NCBI GenBank assembly: GCA_002269645.1
Contig: NIVC01000075.1
Span: 195,760-259,759, forward strand
DNA: 64,000 nt
Direction: 5' to 3'
Source of the DNA: Macrostomum lignano
Lineage: Eukaryota
A model generated the notes under the pieces. That model searched no databases. It worked only from the letters and a program-made list of their open reading frames with translations, and was not told the origin of the DNA. This document shows positions 12,301 through 30,800 of this stretch, piece by piece. Positions within the stretch are counted from its first letter, which is position 1. Each line of letters opens with the position of its first letter. Made by a program: the position numbers and the translations under genes.

Positions 12301-15300
12301 ACACGTTGCTATGATATGCAACACCTGATATTACTTGCTAACTCTTTAAATTGCACTACGCTCGTAATGCTTCCAGTAAGCTCACAACGAAATTCATTCT
12401 TCACTAAGACTGCTCCAAAACCAGGTAAAAACATTATCTAAACATTTGCCGTTTCCAGTCGAGAAGCAGTCCTGCAGCAAGATAGAGCGTACAGTACAGT
12501 ACTAGCGTACAGTACTTTTAAAACACCACAGCGCCCTGTGACAGCCCACACAGTACCGCTGCCCTCACGGTGCCCCTAAATTCACGCCCCCACCCTAATC
12601 TTGCGGTGTTCCCACCCACACAGCGCACCTACCTCAACTATACCATACCAAACCACTAATTGCATATCTACTTTCACTTTCATCTATTTACAATCATTGA
12701 TGTTGAAATAAAGTCATATATATAATCAATTTATATACAATAAGGCAACACTGGAGTAAAGTACACCAGCAAACACTTGCAGCCGAGAAACATTCCTGCT
12801 ACAAGATGGAGCGAAGCATTGGCTCATGCCAAGCTGACGGCAATTCGGAAATCGTTGAGACGCTGCAGTTTCTCGACCGAAAGAAACAGTCGTGCGTGAC
12901 ATATGAGGAGAAGCACAAAGTGAATTGCTGTAAGTTTCCTGTTCTTCCAATTAATGCCAGTCAGTCAGCCAGTCAGTCACTCATTCGTCAATTAGCCAGT
13001 CAGTCAGTCAGTCAGTCAGTCAGTCAGTCAGTCAGTCAGTCAGTCAGTCAGTCAGTCAGTCAGTCAGTCAGTCAGTCAGTCAGTCAGTCAGTCAGTCAGT
13101 CAGTCAGTCAGTCAGTCAGTCAGTCAGTCAGTCAGTCAGCCACTCACTCACTCAAGTCAGTCAGTCAGTCAGTCAGTCAGTCAGTCAGTCAGTCAGTCAG
13201 TCAGTCAGTCAGTCAGTCAGTCAGTCAGTCAGTCAGTCAGTCAGTCAGTCAGTCAGTCAGTCAGTCAGTCAGTCAGTCAGTCAGTCAGTCAGTCAGTCAG
13301 TCAGTCAGTCAGTCAGTCAGTCAGTCAGTCAGTCAGTCAGTCAGTCAGTCAGTCAGTCAGTCAGTCAGTCAGTCAGTCAGTCAGTCAGTCAGTCAGTCAG
13401 TCAGTCAGTCAGTCAGTCAGTCAGTCAGTCAGTCAGTCAGTCAGTCAGTCAGTCAGTCAGTCAGTCAGTCAGTCAGTCACTCACTCAGTCAGTCAGTCAG
13501 TCAGTCAGTCAGTCAGTCAGTCAGTCAGTCAGTCAGTCAGTCAGTCAGTCAGTCAGTCAGTCAGTCAGTCAGTCAGTCAGTCAGTCAGTCAGTCAGTCAG
13601 TCAGTCAGTCAGTCAGTCAGTCAGTCAGTCAGTCAGTCAGTCAGTCAGTCAGTCAGTCAGTCAGTCAGTCAGTCAGTCAGTCAGTCAGTCAGTCAGTCAG
13701 TCAGTCAGTCAGTCAGTCAGTCAGTCAGTCAGTCAGTCTGCAAGGATGTCTATTTTCCAGTCAGAGCAAGCGAGTGCAAAGATCAAGTCGCAGATGTGGT
13801 GATAATGCTGGATAAATCCTATAGCATTCGTAGTCACTACAGCACTGTTGTGAACTCAGCGAAGGCAATAATCCTGTCGCTAAACATTGGAGAGAGAAAT
13901 GTTCGGATTGGCGTGCTATCCTTCAATGGCTATTCGTCTTACTCAGGATCAAAACGGCATGTGAAGCATCTGCTAGAAATGCTTGTAAACCTTGGCGATG
14001 AGTTCGACGTCTTCGAAATTATAGGAAAGGTTGACGAAAGCAAGACTTTAGAAGAGTTTCGGGACACGCACACTGGTTTCGCCCTCAAAGAAGTCAAGAA
14101 GCTTTTCAACTCAAAAGGCCGAAGAAACGTTTTCAAAGCCGTCGTTATCATCACGGATGGTAGGAGCAACGACGCCAAAGAACTGTTTCAAGCAGTGTCG
14201 GATATAAAAAACGACGATGTCACGCTGTATGCGGTAGGAGTCGGCGACCCGTACGACTTAGATTTGTGAGCCTCTTTGTTAAGATCTTATTTTTAGTTTG
14301 TTCTTTAAATTAGATAGAAGATATTAGCACCAATGGTTGGCTGAAAAGTATACAAATCATATACATGTAAAAATATTAAATACCACGGTGTCACTCTTTA
14401 TGGCACAGTAGTCGACAGCCAATTTGACGTGAACCAGCGAGCCACTTTATATGTCTTATTTCTATACTGCTTTAAAATGCGTATGAAAAGTTTAAAGCAG
14501 TATGAAGTGAGTTATTATTTCACACCAAGGACACCTGTTTGTAGTGGACTTATAAATATATAAGACAACTCTCCTTTGCTCCAATGAAGGGGTAAATTTA
14601 GCACTGAACTAGAAATCTGCGCCCCACATTAATTTTTAAAGCCTTCAATCATTAAGTTATTAAGACAACTGTCCAGACTAAGATATCAGATCCCCTATGA
14701 GCTTTGGCTCAAAGCATCTGTGAAACCCCCATGAGCCAAAGGATTTAAGCCATTCCCAAATGAGCTTTGGCATTTCAGCGATCTTCTCACGAACCAAGAC
14801 AATTAGGGGGCTAGCTTTCCGGGGGGGGGGTTCGAGGGGGGTTTAGGATATCAGCAATCCTTCCATGAGCCTCAGCATGTAAACAATTCCCCTAAGCCGC
14901 AGAGTTCAAGCGATTTCCTTCATGAGCCTATGAGTATCTATGATTATAGAGCGATACCTCTATAAACATTTACTGATTAGCAGGGTGATTCTCTTAAGGT
15001 TGAACCCTAACCCTGAGCCTAATACCCCTATCCTAAGCACTAACTCTAAACCTGCTGAAAGTCACAGCAGTTTAGTCATTCTTCCAGGAGCCAAAAAAGT
15101 TCAGCAATCAGCACGTTAAGTTTTGGTATGTCAGCGATTCTCTATGAGACTAAAGACTCAGAATTTCACATATCCCACCTCTATGAGCCCTGACTATTCA
15201 GTGTTGTGTACTTGTACTTTGTACTTCTTTGTTTATGGCCCTCCCCGTGCGCCTTTGATTTATTTTATAAATGCGATAAGTGTGCCGTGCTCATAGCAAC

Positions 15301-16985
15301 TACACAACATCCTGCAACTACAGTGACGAGCTGAAGATGATCACCTCGCCAGAGTCCGACAGAAACCTCTTCATTTTCAACAAATTTGATCAGCTAAGGC
15401 ATTGGGCTTTAAATTTCTCAGCTCGGCTTTGCATGGAGTTGAGGCCGCCAAATCCGAAGTTGTGCGAAGCTGATGTTCAGATCAAGTCCATCTCGCCGTG
15501 TCTGTCTGAAAAAATGCAAACCACAACTGTAAACTTCAAGTACGACACCGTTAAAAGTGCATCAAGCATCTTAAAAACGAAATAAGTAATGGTTGCAGTA
15601 AGTTGCATTTTCTCATTTTTATATATTTCATGTGTATTGTGATGCTCTTTAATACCAATAATGCAGATATACTAGTATACTACGTGCAATTTTCCTGAAA
15701 GCTTGAGACTTGAGAGTTGCTCAAGAGTTGCCCAAGAATTTCACGGTTTAATCAAAAGTTTTTTCATCGTTTGCTTTTAAGTCCCAAAGAAAGACTCTCG
15801 ATGAAAAGACACCGTAGCCTCAAACGCCAGCCGTCATAGGACTGCTGGAGAATAATACTCAAATATTCAGTGCACCATGCTCAGTTGAGCTTACAAAATG
15901 CACTTAATGCGAACCAAACTTTTAGAGGCCACCTGCGTCGACCCGATTGACGGCAGCGACCACCTGGAAGGCGAGTCTTGGACCAACATGTGCCACGACT
16001 TCCGCTGCGACTCCAGCGGCAATACAATCCTGCCAACCTCAGTTAAGAGTAAGTGTCTGAGCACAGCTCTTCGTCCCTTCCAGCGCCGCTCCAAGTCACC
16101 TCAGTCACTGCATGTCTGCCAGCCCTCCCTCAGTCACTGCATGTCTGCCAGCCCTCCCTCAGTCACTGCATGTCTGCCAGCCCTCCCTCAGTCACTGCAT
16201 GTCTGCCAGCCCTCCCTCAGTCACTGCATGTCTGCCAGCCCTCCCTCAGTCACTGCATGCCTGCCAGCCCTCCCTCAGTCACTGCATGTCTGCCAGCCCT
16301 CCCTCAGTCACTGCATGTCTGCCAGCCCTCCCTCAGTCACTGCATGCCTGCCAGAGCTCCCTCAGTCACTGCATGTCTGCCAGCCCTCCCTCAGTCACTG
16401 CATGTCTGCCAGCCCTCCCTCAGTCACTGCATGCCTGCCAGAGCTCCCTCAGTCACTGCATGTCTGCCAGCCCTCCCTCAGTCACTGCGTGTCTGCCAGC
16501 CCTCCCTCAGTCACTGCATGTCTGCCAGCCCTCCCTCAGTCACTGCATGTCTGCCAGCCCTCCCTCAGTCACTGCATGTCTGCCAGCCCTCCCTCAGTCA
16601 CTGCATGTCTGCCAGCCCTCCCTCAGTCACTGCATGTCTGCCAGCCCTCCCTCAGTCACTGCATGCCTGCCAGAGCTCCCTCAGTCACTGCATGTCTGCC
16701 AGCCCTCCCTCAGTCACTGCATGCCTGCCAGAGCTCCCTCAGTCACTGCATGTCTGCCAGCCCTCCCTCAGTCACTGCGTGTCTGACTGCACCCGGTCAG
16801 CTCCGCAACAATCCAGTTGCTAGGCCGTCCACCACTCGCCCATTCCAGAATGCGTGGCTGCCGACTTCAGCTGCAAGCCGATTGGCGCGGCGCCGTTTCG
16901 CTGCAGAAACATCGACGGCGAGGAGAGAGAAAACTGCCAGTGCATCGACAAGGACGGCGAGGCCGTGCTGGTGGTCGACAACTGA
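6325..16985 (+). CDS. g1: secreted double-vWA Cys-rich protein; exons 6325-6890, 10062-10312, 12783-12929, 13761-14265, 15324-15597, 15926-16048, 16849-16985 (apparent -1 frameshift in exon 5)
   Basis: Signal peptide MLSNTYPRCWKVLSVIALLILVHQIELSCS. vWA motifs DLVVAVDTSSS and DVVIMLDKSYS..THTG..IITDG. Splice phases are 2,1,1,2,1,1. Exon 5 is 274 nt versus 275 in all other copies (A-run at ~15553). Confidence 0.85.
7196..7751. mobile_element. Foldback/MITE-like element with ~145-bp imperfect inverted arms (7196-7343, 7607-7751)
   Basis: The arms are reverse complements; the mirror ORFs 7007..7378(-) and 7611..7814(+) share FKLVLFVFKRK. No TSD established. Confidence 0.6.
8571..8730. mobile_element. 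hAT-type MITE (160 bp)
   Basis: TIRs CAGTGGCGCAACCAG / CTGGTTGCGCTACTG; 8-bp TSD AAAGAAAA at 8563-8570 and 8731-8738. Confidence 0.85.
11217..11570. repeat. 64-bp tandem repeat, ~5.5 units, intron 2 of g1
   Basis: TGGCCCTTGCC recurs at 11281, 11345, 11409 and 11473. Confidence 0.95.
12459..12488 (+). pseudogene. Relic 5' fragment of a g4-type exon 3 (possible 30-nt in-frame micro-exon)
   Basis: TTTCCAG|TCGAGAAGCAGTCCTGCAGCAAGATAGAGC matches the g4 exon-3 start (CTCCAG|CCGAGAAGCAGTCCTGCAGCAAGATGGAGC, 47477). It is followed by GTACAG. Copy at 34027-34056. Confidence 0.6.
12958..13738. repeat. (CAGT)n microsatellite filling intron 3 of g1
   Basis: Direct reading; between donor 12930 and acceptor 13760. 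Confidence 0.98.
16100..16785. repeat. 29-bp minisatellite, ~23-24 units, intron 6 of g1
   Basis: Same unit as 2547-3052, with variant units (GCCTGCCAGAGCTCC). Confidence 0.97.
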
Positions 16986-17770
16986 CAGGCAGACAGACAG
17001 CGGATCCGAATCGCAGCCCTCGAATCAAGCTGGATTAATCGGTGGATTGCTGTGTAAAAGAAGGACTTGTCCGTTAATAATAGTCGAAGTTACATGTTGA
17101 TCAGATATTTGTTTATGAGCAGCCTCTGATGCGTCTCATCACACCTTTATAAAATTTATTAGTCTGTGTTTTGTTTTGGTTTTGTTACTAATTGTCAATT
17201 AATTCTGCTGCTTCTCATTTACACCGAATCGATGCGTCTCAAAACACAAGCAATCAGACATCTGTTATTAACTTAGCCTGAAAGTTATGCGCCTGATGCA
17301 ACTACAAATCAAATTATCTAAGCTTGAGAATAAACCGGAATGATTAAATGGAAAGCTTTCTCTGATACCGAAATAAGATATATGTATTAGTGCTTGTTAC
17401 CTTGCAATAGCTGTAAACCATTGTATCGAAATTTTAACTTGTAAAAAAGCCACATTGAATTGTATTTTAGAATCCAGATTTTTTGTGCAAAAGGAAAGTC
17501 AAAACTTTAGTTGTCTATGGCAGTGAATATTTTACTTGCTCAGAAGCCCCGTGTACAGTTACAGTGAGACGCTTTTCAATAACGCAGAAAGGAGCTTTTG
17601 CCAAAGACAAACGAACCAAAGGCTTCAATATAAGTACGAAAGTCAAGGGACCAGCCAAGGACAACAAGGATCAAGTTGTCCTTGGACCAGCTAAAGCGAT
17701 ACTTTATAGAGTTTAGGCTGCGAAAGAAAAGCGTAGCTTACACTTAATAATCAGCTCTGCACAAATCGAG

Positions 17771-24734
<6,964 letters not shown>

Positions 24735-25330
24735 CAGGCAGACAGTCAGCTGATTGGTATCGCGGCCCTCGAATCAAGCTGGAATAATCGGTGGCTTGCT
24801 GTGTGAAAGAACTAGTCCGTTAATAACAGTCGAAGTTACTTGTTGATCTGATGTTTGTATACTTATGAGCAGCCCCTGATGCGTCTCATCACACCTTTAT
24901 AAAATTTATTAGTCTGTGTTTTGTGTTGGCTTTATTATTAATCGCCAATTAATTCTGCTTCTCATCTACACCGAATCGATGCGTCTCAAAACTCAAGCAA
25001 TCGAACCTCTGTTATTAACTTAGCCTGAATGCTGTGCGCCTGATGCGACTACAAATCGAATTACAAATGTATCTAAGCTTGAGAAAAAACCGGACCGATT
25101 AAATGGAAAGTTTTGCACAATACCGAAATGTTATTTATATATTAGTGCTTGTTACTTTGCATCAGCTGTAAACTATGGTATCGAAAGTTTAACTACAAAA
25201 CCACATTGAGACTTTTAGAATTCAGAATTTTAGTGCAATGGGTAAGTCAAAACTTGAGTTATCTCTTGCTTTGTTTGTCTTTGGCAAAAGCTACTTTCAG
25301 TGTTACTGAAACGCGTCTCTGGAGGATTCT

Positions 25331-25927
25331 CTATGCCGCGAGTTCTCGGAGGGCGTCGACGAACTGGCTGACTGGCTCACCTGGCATCTGGGAACGCGAC
25401 TTGAGCTTGTAGCGGTTGCTGATTGTGCTGTGCGACTGACCGAAGATCGTTGTCAGTGCAGCCACCAGCTTGTCAAACGTATCAACGCTCGTCGTGGCAG
25501 ATTCCTCAGCGCGTAGACTCTCTGGCCTTCCTCGCCTAGCAGATGAACGAGAATCGCCTTCTTGCGTGCATCCGATGCTTCTTTTAGGTCCAAGGCCTCC
25601 AGGTAGATCTTGAATCCTTCGATCCAACGATTCCAAGGCGTGTGTAGCTGTCCTGGGTGGGCGAGAAACACGCGTGGCTCGGAAATGCTCAGACTCGTCG
25701 CCATGTTGTACCTTGAGGCAGCATGGCTAAATGAATAAGATGCGAGAAGCGATTTCAAAGCCAAAGTTCAAAGTCACAAAGCCTTGAAAAGCCGGTGCGC
25801 ACTTATATTGTAATTAAAAGCATGATTCAGCAAACACCAAACCCCCCACCCGGCCGAGGCCGGTCTGGGCAGACGGACACCCCCAGCCAATCTGAACGCG
25901 AGCACTCCAACCGGCGTAAGCCGCATA
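25331..25927 (-). mobile_element. Ty3/gypsy LTR-gag relic, copy 2
   Basis: PBS at 25703-25694. Here the gag N-terminal frame is open: MATSLSISEP..WNRWIEGFKIYLEALDLKEASDARKKAILVHLLGEEGQR. Confidence 0.8.
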
Positions 25928-27373
25928 CAAGGACTACTTAACAACTTAGGACGCTACACTCGCAAATGGTAGAAATTCTAGAAAAGGCCGCTTGATTTGG
26001 CTGTCTATGGTTTTTTAATAAGCCTTTTGGATAAAGAAGCAAGTACTAAGTGATAGATACGAGTAATTATAAAAGTTTTGCGCTATAATAATTATTTTTA
26101 CAGTTATACAAACAATAAATATATGCAAATATTCCCAGCATAAGAATTGTAAATGACAATTGAAAAGTACGATATGCAACGAACCGGAAAACTCCGGACA
26201 TAACTGTATAAGGAAAACATAGATGGCTATAACAAAGTTTGAAAATATACAGGTGTTTGAAAGAAACATTCAGCTAGGCTTCAGTTTGCGGAGTCAGCGA
26301 GAGCAAACGGTGGTTGATTGTCTGGACGTCTCGGAATCTCTGCGCACCATGCCTTTATAGATGGAGTTGGCCAGTCTTCGAGACACTCCACGCAGCAGAT
26401 CTCGGTCCAGTTGAACATCAAAAAAATTTCGAAGATTTTCTCAAATACAAGCACGGAACTGCTAACACAACGCTGCCCAGAACCAAGAGAATGGGCATAA
26501 CAGAAGCAGGCAAAGACAACTAACCATTCAGCGCGATGGCTCAGTTTCCCTCGAGATACAAGCGTAGTGAACTCACTACAAGCAGTGGAAGTATCCAGAC
26601 CAGGCAAACTTGTTGCAATTGTTCGGTCAGGCAAATTTTCTTTGTGGGAAACGTAGCCACAAATGTAGTAAAGAGAGGCTTTCTTCGGTAGAAATTCGAG
26701 CAACGGATAAACTTAGCTCGTCAAAACTGACAGTCTCTTCATCGGTGACATCATGCTGACAACATGCTGATGGCGAGTGATCTGGTGGCGAAGCGTGAAG
26801 TTGCGCATAGAGCTGTATGCGGCGGAGGCGAGCACTAGCCATAATCTGATCCACTGATATGTAATAGCAGCCTCCATGACCTTGACGATAAATTTTTACA
26901 AGCACATCGCGCCGATACGCCAATACTGTGAAGTCGCTCTTAACTCGAACGGAGGACTTAACAGTGCGCTCATGAATGAGCAAAAAATCGACTCGCAAAT
27001 CCTGACATTTGAACAATCCAGCCTCCGGAGGTAACAAAATCCAGGCTTAAAGCTGACATAATGAATAGTGCCCACGAGACAACTCTGTCGACAGCATTGA
27101 AGGCAGTCAATTCATCAGGGGCCCTAGCTCTGTCGACTAACAGCACACCTCGCCGACCAGCATCTCTAGAGCGTCCTAAAATATTTGAAACAGGCTGATA
27201 CAACTTAGTAAGTTAACTAAGTACACAACCATTCATACTTACTTGAGACAGTCTGACGCAGGGAAGTCAATGAAAAATCTTTAAAGATTGCGGGTGGGTC
27301 GATGGGGCGCGCGTGTATGGCGGTTAATTCGTTTCAGTGGTGCATTTTCAGGCCAGTGATTTTTGCAAACTCC
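25928..27373 (-). mobile_element. P-superfamily transposon relic, truncated copy 2
   Basis: Duplicate of 4447-5872; includes YYICGYVSHK. Confidence 0.75.
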
Positions 27374-27824
27374 TTAATTACCCCCGCGGTAGAGCTTTTC
27401 CCTAGGCTGATCCCAGGCGAAACTAGCTCTCTCCCCAACAACAACAAAAGCCATCTATACTAATAGCAGACCAGCATTTCGAGCATGGATCGGGCCCCAT
27501 GAACATCTGCATTATAGCAGAAATTTGATTTGCACAGAAACTACTCAATTACGAGCTACTTTCACTGTCAATTTAAAGCTCAGAATTCAAGTACAAAGGG
27601 TATGTAAAAACTTTAGTTGTTTATGGCAGTAAATATTTTACTTGCTTAGGTACGGTGAGACGCGTTTCTGTAACACTGAAAGGAGCTTTTGCCAAAGACA
27701 AACGAAGCAAAGGCTTCAATATAAGTACGAAAGTCAAAGGGACCAGCTTAAGCGATACTTCATAGAGTTTTAGCTGTGAAAGAAAAGCGTAGCTTACACT
27801 TGAATAATCAGCTCACAAATCGAA

Positions 27825-30800
27825 ATGCTCTCCAACACTTATCCAAGATGCTGGAAGGTTCTTTCTGTCATTGCTCTCTTAATACTGGTGCATCAGATTG
27901 AGCTCAGCTGCTCGACAAGCCCCTGCATCAACCTTGACTTGGTGGTCGCAGTGGACACATCGTCTTCATGCTCTCAAACACAGTTCGACAGGCTGCTCTC
28001 AGAGGTGAAGGCCTTGGTCTCTAAATTTCCAATCGGTCCGACAAAAACTCGACTGGCTCTGATCGGCATGTCGCAGACTGCGCAGGTTCTCGCCAACTTC
28101 GACGACGTGATGTCTCTGTCGGACTTCAACTCCGCGGTCGACAGGCTGACGATGAGTTCCGAACGAGCCGAAATCTCGAAGGGCGTCAAGCTGGCTCGAG
28201 AATCCGTACTCAACAAGGCCAGGGCTGCTCCGACTCCAAGACTCTTAGCTCTGGTGAAGGACAGGCAGTGCGCTGAGAGAATAACGGGATCGAGCGACGC
28301 GGAACTGGCTTCGATTAAGTCGGAAGTCGCAGTCCTGAAGTTGACGGGAAACGCAGTGCACGCAATCGGAATCGGTGGATTGTGGAACAGGTGATTAAAT
28401 TTTATTGTTTTTTCTTTAGCTCACATACAATTTGTTTTCATAGCTATATATAGTTTCAGTTGATGCCTGAACCCTAAAAGTCTTTATAGCACAGTTTTAT
28501 CATCCGTTAAAAAGCAACTTTTTTTAATAATGGTGCAGCCAGAAAGTTTATTTGAAGGATAAACCAACCCCACCCACTGAGAGAAACGACGTCGAAACGA
28601 CGTCGTCCCGCACAACGTGATGTTTTTACATCGCATGTATGTCGCAATGTCGTATTGATGCCGTATTCATTTTCATGTAGTATTCGTGCCGTGGCAGGCA
28701 ATTTTTCTCTTTCATTCGTTGAATTAATTTTTCGTTTGAACACGAACAGTACTAACTTAAAAAGCGACAAAAAACGATAACAGTATGTCGTGGAATTCTT
28801 CGTAGCATTTAGAAGAGCATGAGATTGAAATCGCGCCAAGGCGTGTAAGAAAGTAAAGCAACAACTGTCTTTTAGCAACTGTCTATGGTTAAAACTGCGG
28901 TGATATCACTAGAAAACTAGAAGGGGTACGAAGAAAATAATTTATAAGTCCTCTTAAGTTTTTAGTCAGCTACTGCTCAAAAACATACAATTATATTCAA
29001 CGACATGACTGGTCGCCCTGCAGAACCTTCATTTAAAGTACCCCCTGGGCAAGTGCGTCCCGCACTGGAGCTGTGCAACATTAATTTCACAATGCGGGAG
29101 CTCGCTCGCCTTGGCGCGATTTCAATTTCATGCTTTTCTGAATGCTACGAAGGTTTCCACGACATGCTGTTATCTTTTTTGTCGTTTTAAGTTAGTACTG
29201 TTCGTGTTCAAACGAAAAATATATTTTACGAACGAAAGAGGAAAATTGCCTCGTGGCCTTAAATGCTATTTTAATCTATCTGCTGTTACTAAAGGTTGGT
29301 TGGAAGTTTCCTAAACCATAAAAGAAACTATCAAATACAAGTAGAATAGCTTGAAATATTTCTTTGCTAGAAAAAGATGGCTAAGGGCATCATTATTTAA
29401 ACTTCACTCGAACTCAAAATTACATGTAAAATGATAGACAAGCACACGATAGATAAATAATCAGCGGTCCCAGTGCGTGACAACGATTGTCTGGCGAGCA
29501 AGATTGTCCGCCGGTAGCGCGAGCCATAGACAATCGTTGTCACGCACTGCGACCGCTGATTCTTTGCATTGTTTTTCTGTTTGACGATCCTACAGACAAT
29601 GCATTGTTTGTAGTATGGATTGTTCTGCATTAAAATGTGAATAATGATCGTCGAATTGCTAAACAATGAACTTCTCTATGGGGAAATCACATAGAAAGTT
29701 GTAGAAAAACCGGTAAATTCCATTATTGTATAAGTATTAAAGTGAGTAAAGGAGTGTAGGTAAGATAGGCTAATCGTGTTTAAATATAATTGCACGCGAC
29801 TAACCGCGGAAGATGAATTACGAAAATATAAAATTTATATAATTTTCCCAGCTGACAGAATTAAACATAACAATGGTAAAAAGATAAAAATAGAGAAAAA
29901 TAGACAGACAGGAGGCGAGAGGAGACAGAGAGGAAAAATTTTGGTAACAGTAACAGTGATATTAGTAAACTAACTGCATATAAAATGAGAGACTTAGATA
30001 ACAGGGCACAATGAGATATTACCATAAGTATTATAGATTAGCTATGAACATATTGCACTGCAAAAGAAAACAGTGGCGCAACCAGGGGGGGGGGGGCGGG
30101 GGGCGCGGTGGCGGTCGCGCCCCCCTTAGGCGGAGATCCAAAAAAATCAAAGGGGGGAACAGAGCCACCCCTCCCGGGACTTTATCCTCCAGAATCCGAC
30201 CCCCCTCAAAAGTTTCTGGTTGCGCTACTGAAAGAAAAAGGAAAACTTTTTTTCGAAGACGGCTGTGAAGAAGGCGAAGAAAAAGCTCAGTTAATAAGAC
30301 ACAGCGAGCATTTTGTAAACTACACCTTTTCGCGTTCTATTTCGATAAAACTGCATTCAATTTCGGCAAACTCGCTTTCATTTTCGGCATCAGCTAATAG
30401 ACCATAGCCCATAGACCTAATTGGTTGTCAACCAAGGTATTGCAGTGACGAAGACAGACTAGGAGAATCGGCAGCGGGTGACAGGTAAGGATGCTGCGGT
30501 TGATGACAGGATATTTACTATGAGAACTGGAGTAACAGGTGGATCTTGCAAGTGGAAAACATCACATTGGAAAGCAATGCGGGCATGGCGACTGCAATGG
30601 CAGGGACTTGAGGAGCATGGATTTGCGTGGTTGAAGAGGATCCAACATCTGGACTGTGATGCGAAGAGAACAATTAGAGGAGAGAAAAGATTTGACCTGG
30701 AAGAGTGTGGCACCTGGGCAGCTTGCAGTGCATTGCTATTGTTGCGTCACTGTTCCACTTCATTCCTTCTCGCAAGTCGCTGATTCGCATCTAGCAGGTA

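Larger units (their letters stand above)
412..16100. repeat. Segmental tandem duplication unit 1 (near-identical to ~21893-37460; offset ~21.5 kb)
   Basis: The same ORFs recur with offsets of 21481-21500 (1845/23327, 6325/27825, 8978/30478) and slightly more downstream (12806/34373). Introns and MITEs are shared. A third partial copy of ~3050-5872 lies at ~37620-40461. Confidence 0.95.

Noticed and set aside
12806-14269. 487-aa ORF with a long (SQSV)n tract, suggesting a mucin-like repeat protein
   Set aside because: The tract lies between a GTAAGT donor and a TTTCCAG acceptor. (CAGT)n has no stop in any + frame. The intron length is a multiple of 3 in only 1 of 4 paralogs (831 vs 100, 620, 700), as expected by chance.
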